From Nitrospirota bacterium (lineage in GTDB: Bacteria; Nitrospirota; UBA9217): DNA of 64,000 nucleotides. Location of the stretch: the NCBI GenBank assembly GCA_963840455.1, contig CAWIYV010000004.1:1-64000 (forward strand), given 5' to 3'. The notes beneath the pieces are model-generated. The model worked only from the letters and a program-made list of their open reading frames with translations. It was not told where the DNA came from and made no database searches. Numbering within the stretch: position 1 is the first letter of the stretch; each line of letters starts with the position of its first letter. Shown here piece after piece: positions 57,546 through 64,000 of this stretch. A program made the position numbers and the translations under genes.

Positions 57546-58459
57546 GCCGTCCTCACCTGCCCGACCAGCTCCCGCACGCTGCCGACACCCTGCTGCTCCA
57601 GGAACGCCCTGATGCCTTCCGCCACATCAACGGTCGCGCGGGGGTTCACAAAGTTCGCCGTCCCTACGGCGACCGCGGAGGCCCCTGCCAGGATGAACTC
57701 CAGGGCGTCCTCGGCCGTCATGATGCCGCCCATGCCGATGATCGGCAGGCTGACCGCTTTCGCCGCCTGCCAGACCATGCGCACGGCGACCGGCCTGATC
57801 GCCGGGCCGGAGAGCCCGCCCGTGCAGTTCGCCAGCCTCGGCCTCCGGCTCCGCACGTCGATGGCCATGCCGAGGAGCGTGTTGATGAGGGACAACCCAT
57901 CGCACCCTGCATCGCGCGCCGCCTTCGCGAACTCGGTGATGTCCGTCACGTTCGGGGAAAGCTTGGCGATGACCGGGAGCTTCGTGGCCTTCCGCACGGC
58001 CGAAAGGAGCTCAAAAGCGGCCGTGAGGTTCGTGCCGAACACGATGCCGCCGGCCTTCACGTTGGGGCACGAGATGTTCACCTCGAGGCCGGACACGCCG
58101 GGCACACCGTCCAACCGCTCCGCCACGCCCACGTACTCCTCGAGACTGTAGCCGAAGATGTTCACGATGACCGCCGTATCATAGATCCTGAGGAATGGGA
58201 GCTTGTCCCGGAGAAAGACGTCCACGCCCGGGTTCTCAAGGCCGATGGCGTTCAGCATGCCCGCCGGAGTCTCCCAGATGCGCGGCGGCGGGTTTCCGTT
58301 GATCGGTTTGAGGGAGATCCCTTTGACGATCACGCCGCCGAGCCGGTTCAGGTCGACGATATCGGCGTACTCCTCACCGTAACCGAAGGTCCCCGACGCG
58401 GTCAGCACCGGGTTCTTCAGCTTGATCCCGGCGAAGTCGATGGCGAGATCGATGCTCAT
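57542..58459 (-). CDS. pyrD: Dihydroorotate dehydrogenase 1B catalytic subunit
   Basis: [24 protein letters not shown]. Confidence 0.95.
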   Translation of the reverse strand: MSIDLAIDFAGIKLKNPVLTASGTFGYGEEYADIVDLNRLGGVIVKGISLKPINGNPPPRIWETPAGMLNAIGLENPGVDVFLRDKLPFLRIYDTAVIVNIFGYSLEEYVGVAERLDGVPGVSGLEVNISCPNVKAGGIVFGTNLTAAFELLSAVRKATKLPVIAKLSPNVTDITEFAKAARDAGCDGLSLINTLLGMAIDVRSRRPRLANCTGGLSGPAIRPVAVRMVWQAAKAVSLPIIGMGGIMTAEDALEFILAGASAVAVGTANFVNPRATVDVAEGIRAFLEQQGVGSVRELVGQVRTA

Positions 58460-58588
58460 TTTTTTCTTTGGCTGCATAGACGCGCTTCCGTTGATACGGA
58501 CACTGTTGGCGGCAAGGATCATGAAGAGGAAAAAAGATATGCTGTCTTACGGGCCCAGCCTGCGCTCTTACCCTTGTACCGCCTCGTG

Positions 58589-58750
58589 TTGAAGCTCCCT
58601 GCAGTAAGCTGCAGGGAATCTTCGGTCCTCAAGGTAGTAATAGATCATTCTAATCGCTCGCTAACCCGCTGCACTCGCGGGTCCACTCGTAAACGCTGGG
58701 GGCAGGACCCCGCAGCAAGCTGCGTGGTTAGCGTTCGTTCCTGGATTCAC
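58589..58750 (+). repeat. Two-hairpin element copy with a ~40-bp nested insert
   Basis: TTGAAGCTCCCTGCAGTAAGCTGCAGGGAAT...GTTCCTGGATTCAC with extra GCTGCACTCGCGGG...GGGGGCAGG. Confidence 0.82.
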
Positions 58751-58866
58751 CTTTCGACCAGGAACAGAGAATACGTTACGCCATAAAGTTCACCGGGGAC
58801 ACCGAGGAAAAAATCGGCAAGCATGTACGCACATTTTTTTGTGGTCTCTGTGGTAAAAGATGCTTG

Positions 58867-59670
58867 CTAGAGTAATTTGACAGCCCACTCGACCTCGCGC
58901 GAGTCGAACACCGGTCCTTCCTTGCAGACGCGCTTGTATCCGCCCGCCTTCATGGCAATGGAGCAGCCCATGCAAACGCCCAGGCCGCAGGCCATGCGCT
59001 CCTCCATAGAGACATAACAGGGTACTGCGTGCTCTGCGGCGAGCCTGCTTACCGCGGCGAGCATGGCATGGGGACCGCAGGCGTAGATGACCGGCCGGCC
59101 GTCGCGCGCCTGACCGGAAAGATATTCCGCAAGGCTGTCGGTAACGAAACCGCAGGTGCCGCGGCTGCCGTCCTCGGTGGCGTAATGGATGGCCTTCACA
59201 CGCGAACGGAAGTCCTTCATGGCCGACATCGGCGGCAGGCATTCTTTATCGCGGGACCCCGCGAACACCCGGGACTGTTTTCCGTACCGGGCCGCAAAAT
59301 AGAGGAGCGGCGGGAACCCGCTGCCGCCTGCGATGAGAAGGGGCGTCGCGCCCTTTGCCGGTGCCGGGAAACCGTTGCCCAAGGGTCCAATAACGGACAG
59401 AATGCTTCCCTTCTTAACCGCCGTAAGCAGAGTCGTACCCCTGCCAACCACCCGGTAGTAAAGTTCAAGGGACCTCTTTGCGATGATCGAGGAAATGCCG
59501 AAGGGACGGGCAAGGAGCGGGTCAAGGTTCTCCGACACCCTGAGCATGACGAAATGGCCGGGGACGGAGACAGAGGCAAGCGCCGGCGCCTGGAGCACGA
59601 GCCGATAAAATCCCCTGCCTGCCGGCCGGTGATGGAGCACGGTCGCGCGGTGCAGCTTACTCGACGGCAA
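58867..59670 (-). CDS. pyrK: Dihydroorotate dehydrogenase electron transfer subunit
   Basis: RPFGI, GPLGNGF, ACGP, MACGLGVCMGC...CKEGPVF. Confidence 0.93.
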   Translation of the reverse strand: MPSSKLHRATVLHHRPAGRGFYRLVLQAPALASVSVPGHFVMLRVSENLDPLLARPFGISSIIAKRSLELYYRVVGRGTTLLTAVKKGSILSVIGPLGNGFPAPAKGATPLLIAGGSGFPPLLYFAARYGKQSRVFAGSRDKECLPPMSAMKDFRSRVKAIHYATEDGSRGTCGFVTDSLAEYLSGQARDGRPVIYACGPHAMLAAVSRLAAEHAVPCYVSMEERMACGLGVCMGCSIAMKAGGYKRVCKEGPVFDSREVEWAVKLL

Positions 59671-60139
59671 TCTCGATCTCCTGGATCTCGTATTCCACGG
59701 TCTTGGCAGGCGTGGTGATGGTCACCACGTCGCCCACCTTGTGGCCGATGAGCGCCTTGCCCACGGGCGACTGCACCGAGATCTTGCCTTTTTTCAGGTC
59801 GGCCTCTTCCTGGCCCACCAGGGTGTACTTCCTGATATCGCCGGATGACCTGTCCGCAAGCGTAACCGTCATGCCGAACACGACCTTTTCGTTCGTCAGT
59901 TTCGAGACATCGATGATCTGGGCGTGGGCAAGCTTGTGCTCCAGCTCGCGCTTCTTGGCGTCGATGTGGCCCTGGCGCTCCTTCGCAGCGTGGTACTCGG
60001 CGTTCTCCGAGAGGTCGCCATGTCCCCGGGCCTCCTCGATGTCCCTGATGTTCTTGGGGCGCTCCACTTTCATCAGGTGGTCGAGCTCCTTCTTGATCTT
60101 TTCGTAGCCCTCTCTGGTCATCGGAACTTTCTTGGTCAT
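59657..60139 (-). CDS. greA: Transcription elongation factor GreA
   Basis: [15 protein letters not shown]; follows carB. Confidence 0.95.
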   Translation of the reverse strand: MTKKVPMTREGYEKIKKELDHLMKVERPKNIRDIEEARGHGDLSENAEYHAAKERQGHIDAKKRELEHKLAHAQIIDVSKLTNEKVVFGMTVTLADRSSGDIRKYTLVGQEEADLKKGKISVQSPVGKALIGHKVGDVVTITTPAKTVEYEIQEIEIAVE

Positions 60140-63100
60140 CGCTGTTGATACTCCTGAATGGATCGTACCTGGATCTGTTTCGCCTTGAGGGCCTCGATGC
60201 CGCGCACCGCCGCCTTGGCGGCGGACATGGTCGTAAAATACGGGATGCCCTGCGTCAGGGTCGTACGCCGTATCGAGTAGGAGTCCTTCTGGGACTCCGC
60301 TCCGTACACCGTGTTGATCACCAGGTCAACCTGCCGGTCCTTGATGCTGTCGACGATGTGAGGACGGCCTTCGAACACCTTGTTCACCGTCTCGACGGCG
60401 ACGCCGCGCTTGGTGAGGTACTCGGCCGTTCCGCGCGTGGCAACCAGCGAGAAGCCGGCCCTCTCGAGGCCCGAGGCGACCTCATAGGCCGCTGGTTTGT
60501 CCTTGTCCTTCACGCTGATGAAGACCCTGCCCGAGGTCGGCATGGGGTTCCCCGCCGCGATCTGGGACTTGGCGAAGGACATGCCGAAGTCCGTGTCGAT
60601 GCCCATCACCTCGCCGGTGGATTTCATCTCCGGGCCGAGCAGTGTGTCCACACCCGGGAACTTGGCGAAGGGAAAGACCGCTTCCTTCACCGCCACATGC
60701 TTGATGTTCACGCTCTCCGTGAACCCGATCTCGGCCAGCGTCTTTCCCGCCATGACCCGTGCCGCGAGCTTCGCAAGCGGCACCCCGATGGCCTTGCTCA
60801 CGAAGGGCACGGTCCGGGAGGCCCGGGGGTTGACTTCCAGGACGTAGATGAGGCGGTCCTTTACTGCAAACTGGATGTTCATGAGCCCGACGACCTTCAG
60901 GTCCAGCGCGAGCGCTGTCGTCTGCCGGGCGATCTCCGCGATGATGTCCTTCGGCAGGGAGAAGGGCGGAAGCGAGCAGGCAGAGTCGCCCGAATGCACC
61001 CCGGCCTCCTCGATGTGCTCCATGATGCCGGCGACCACGACGGTTGTGCCGTCCGAGATCGCATCCACGTCGATCTCCACGGCATCCTCGAGGTAGCGGT
61101 CGACCAGCACCGGACGGTCCGGCGAGGCCTTCACCGCCCGGGTCATGTAGTTCCTGATGCTCTCCTCGTCGTAGACGATCTCCATGGCCCGGCCGCCGAG
61201 CACATAGGACGGCCGCACCATGACCGGGTAACCGATGCTGTTCGCGGCGTCCACGGCCTCATCGCACGAAACCGCCGTGCCGCTCTCGGCCTGGCGCAGG
61301 CCCAGCCGGTCCAGGAGCTCCTTGAACCGCTTCCGGTCCTCGGCACGGTCGATGCTGTCAGGCGACGTGCCCAGGATGCGCACGCCGAGCCGTTCCAGCG
61401 GCACCGCGAGCTTGAGCGGTGTCTGGCCGCCGAACTGAACGATGACGCCCATGGGCTTCTCGCGCTTTATAATATGGTAAACATCCTCGAGAGTCAAGGG
61501 TTCGAAGTACAGGCGGTCCGAGGTATCGTAGTCCGTGCTCACGGTCTCGGGGTTGCAGTTCACCATGATGGTCTCGTACCCGTCGTCCTTGAGGGCGAAG
61601 GCCGCGTGCACACAGCAATAGTCGAACTCGATGCCCTGGCCGATGCGATTCGGCCCGCCTCCCAGGATGATGACCTTCTTCCGGTCCGTAGGCTCCGCCT
61701 CGCACTCGGCCGTTCCCTGCCCCTGCTGTTCCTGGCTCCCGGCCCCTGGACCTGGGACCCTGAAGAACGGCTTCTCATAGGTCGAATACAAATACGGAGT
61801 GTGCGCAACGAACTCGGCGGCGCAGGTGTCCACCTTCTTGAACACCGGAATGATGCCCATCTCCGTCCGGGCCTTGCGGACAGCGTCCTCGGTGGCGGTG
61901 ATCAGCTTCGCGATCCGCCGATCTGAGAAGCCATACTCCTTGGCCATGCGGAGCGGATGATCGAGCGCGGGGATGCCGTTCGAGAGTATGCTCGCCCCGT
62001 TCTTTTTGATCTCCATTTCCCTATCAGTGATCTGTTTGATCTGGTGCAGGAACCAGGGGTCGATCTTCGAGAGGTTGAATATCTCGTCCACGGTCATTCC
62101 GGCGCGGAACCCGTCGGCAATGTACCAGAGCCGTTCCCAGTTCGGCACACTGATCTTTTGCCGGATGTCTGCGATCCCGTGCTCGATGTCGCCGTCGCGT
62201 TCGCGACGCGATTCGAGGCCGTAACGGTCGATCTCGAGGGAGCGGAGCGCCTTCTGGAGGGACTCCTTGAAGGTCCTGCCGATGGACATGGCCTCGCCCA
62301 CGGACTTCATCTGCGTGGTCAGCGTGGCATCGGCCTGGGGGAACTTCTCGAAGGCGAAGCGGGGAAACTTCGTTACCACGTAGTCGATGGTCGGCTCGAA
62401 GGACGCAGGCGTGGCCTTGGTGATGTCGTTCAGGATCTCGTCGAGCGTGTACCCGACGGCGAGCTTGGCCGCGAACTTGGCGATCGGGAAGCCCGTGGCC
62501 TTGGAGGCCAGCGCGGAGCTCCGGGAAACGCGGGGGTTCATCTCGATCACGATCATCCTTCCGTTCTTCGGATCGACGGCGAACTGGATGTTCGACCCAC
62601 CCGTATCCACACCGATCTCCCGGATGATCTTCAGCGACGCGTCGCGCATGATCTGGTACTCTTTGTCGGTCAGCGTCTGGGCCGGCGCCACGGTTATGCT
62701 GTCTCCGGTATGGATGCCCATGGGGTCGAGGTTCTCGATGGAGCAGACGATCACCACGTTGTCCTTGGCGTCGCGCATCACCTCGAGCTCGTACTCCTTC
62801 CAGCCGACCACGGATTCCTCGACCAGCACCTGGCGGACCGGGCTCGCGTCCAGTCCGCGGTTGATCAGTTCGGTGAACTCTTCCCGATTATAGGCGATGC
62901 CGCCTCCCGTGCCGCCGAGGGTGAAGGCAGGCCGGAGGATGGTCGGGAAGCCGACCTGTTCGAGGATCTCATAGGCCGTCTCCATGCTTGTGGCGAAACC
63001 GCTCTTGGGCACCAAAAGTCCGATGGCCTCCATGGCCGTCTTGAAGAGCTCGCGGTCCTCGGCCTTCTTGATGGCAGGGAGCTTGGCGCCGATGAGCTCG

Positions 63101-63438
63101 ACCTTGTATTTCTCCAGCACGCCGGTCTCGGCAAGCGCGACCGCAGTGTTCAGTGCGGTCTGGCCGCCCATGGTCGGCAGCAATGCGTCGGGCCGCTCGC
63201 GTTCGATGATCTTCTCGACGACGGCGGGAGTGATGGGCTCGATATACGTGCGGTGCGCCATCTCCGGATCTGTCATGATCGTGGCCGGGTTCGAGTTTAC
63301 CAGGACGATCTCGTAGCCCTCTTCCTTCAGCGCCTTGCAGGCCTGCACGCCTGAATAGTCGAACTCGCAGGCCTGGCCGATCACGATCGGCCCTGCGCCG
63401 ATGATCAGGATCTTTTTGATGTCGGTTCGTTTCGGCAT
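60136..63438 (-). CDS. carB: Carbamoyl-phosphate synthase large subunit
   Basis: [30 protein letters not shown]; duplicated ATP-grasp; MGS domain. Confidence 0.97.
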   Translation of the reverse strand: MPKRTDIKKILIIGAGPIVIGQACEFDYSGVQACKALKEEGYEIVLVNSNPATIMTDPEMAHRTYIEPITPAVVEKIIERERPDALLPTMGGQTALNTAVALAETGVLEKYKVELIGAKLPAIKKAEDRELFKTAMEAIGLLVPKSGFATSMETAYEILEQVGFPTILRPAFTLGGTGGGIAYNREEFTELINRGLDASPVRQVLVEESVVGWKEYELEVMRDAKDNVVIVCSIENLDPMGIHTGDSITVAPAQTLTDKEYQIMRDASLKIIREIGVDTGGSNIQFAVDPKNGRMIVIEMNPRVSRSSALASKATGFPIAKFAAKLAVGYTLDEILNDITKATPASFEPTIDYVVTKFPRFAFEKFPQADATLTTQMKSVGEAMSIGRTFKESLQKALRSLEIDRYGLESRRERDGDIEHGIADIRQKISVPNWERLWYIADGFRAGMTVDEIFNLSKIDPWFLHQIKQITDREMEIKKNGASILSNGIPALDHPLRMAKEYGFSDRRIAKLITATEDAVRKARTEMGIIPVFKKVDTCAAEFVAHTPYLYSTYEKPFFRVPGPGAGSQEQQGQGTAECEAEPTDRKKVIILGGGPNRIGQGIEFDYCCVHAAFALKDDGYETIMVNCNPETVSTDYDTSDRLYFEPLTLEDVYHIIKREKPMGVIVQFGGQTPLKLAVPLERLGVRILGTSPDSIDRAEDRKRFKELLDRLGLRQAESGTAVSCDEAVDAANSIGYPVMVRPSYVLGGRAMEIVYDEESIRNYMTRAVKASPDRPVLVDRYLEDAVEIDVDAISDGTTVVVAGIMEHIEEAGVHSGDSACSLPPFSLPKDIIAEIARQTTALALDLKVVGLMNIQFAVKDRLIYVLEVNPRASRTVPFVSKAIGVPLAKLAARVMAGKTLAEIGFTESVNIKHVAVKEAVFPFAKFPGVDTLLGPEMKSTGEVMGIDTDFGMSFAKSQIAAGNPMPTSGRVFISVKDKDKPAAYEVASGLERAGFSLVATRGTAEYLTKRGVAVETVNKVFEGRPHIVDSIKDRQVDLVINTVYGAESQKDSYSIRRTTLTQGIPYFTTMSAAKAAVRGIEALKAKQIQVRSIQEYQQR

Positions 63439-63568
63439 TCACATACCTCACAAAAAAAATTCTAAACCTTTTTTAACGCAGAGGACGCCGAGTACGCGGA
63501 GAAGTGCCATGCCAATTCAAGGCTGTTCTTACCTCTGCGACCTCCGCGATCTCTGCGGTGAAATTTAA

Positions 63569-64000
63569 TCACTCGAAGTTCTGCACCCAGCCGTTCTTCA
63601 ATCCATACTTCATCTTGATGTCGTAGGCCTCGTCGTATTCTTGTTCACTGATCCGGCGGTTGATCTCGGGATGTTCCGCGGACTTGAACGCCGGAAAGTA
63701 CTGCGACATGAGGCTGATGTACACATCTGCGGAGATCTCCGTTGCCAGGAATTTCATCACGGCTTCGGTCCCTGCCACACCATGGGGAAGCACCAGGTGC
63801 CTGACCAGGAGTCCGCGCTGCGCGATCCCGTGCTCATCCATGACCAGATTCCCTACCTGCCGGTACATCTCCTTGACCGCTGCCCGGTTCACCTCGACAT
63901 AGTGCGGGGCCACGGAGTATCGCACGGCGGCCGCATTATCAGAGTACCGCATGTCCGGCATGTAGATATCCACGATGCCGTCGAGCAGCTTGAGCATCTC
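63569..64000 (-). CDS. PflX-like radical SAM protein (C-terminal part; continues beyond window)
   Basis: LDGIVDIYMPD.RY, EMYRQVG, GLLVRHLVLP, MSQYFP. Confidence 0.82.
   Translation of the reverse strand, partial: EMLKLLDGIVDIYMPDMRYSDNAAAVRYSVAPHYVEVNRAAVKEMYRQVGNLVMDEHGIAQRGLLVRHLVLPHGVAGTEAVMKFLATEISADVYISLMSQYFPAFKSAEHPEINRRISEQEYDEAYDIKMKYGLKNGWVQNFE

Noticed and set aside
1-64000. tRNA, rRNA, integrase or transposase genes
   Set aside because: None recognisable by eye; tRNAscan-SE and HMM searches would be needed to exclude them formally.

Overview
GC-rich bacterial chromosome segment. Gene content (multiheme c-type cytochromes, SMS-type SufBC, sigma54 activator, pheA-hisC-aroF-tyrA-aroA-cmk-ispH-rpsA-sppA-ihfB run, carB-greA-pyrK-pyrD) suggests an anaerobic Nitrospirota- or Desulfobacterota-like organism; that taxonomy is inference. 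Signals the ORF track misses or splits: (1) two in-frame UGA selenoprotein genes, an ExtKL-like pentaheme cytochrome and a HesB/IscA protein, each followed by a GGA-loop SECIS-like hairpin and flanking smsCB; (2) two adjacent Hfq/Sm genes holding three divergent Sm domains, a candidate heteromeric Hfq; (3) a start-less ribosomal protein S21 frame directly after, and in frame with, the stop of an RRM gene; (4) an M56 peptidase / 13-heme cytochrome / cytochrome b / CxxCH sensor kinase / NarL module whose paired 7-4-7 operator recurs 12 kb away; (5) a dispersed ~115-bp two-hairpin element at four loci with IS200/IS605-like ends; (6) several gene remnants, a CTG start and apparently leaderless genes. 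No rRNA, tRNA, CRISPR array or transposase was seen. All calls were made by eye; no database searches were run.
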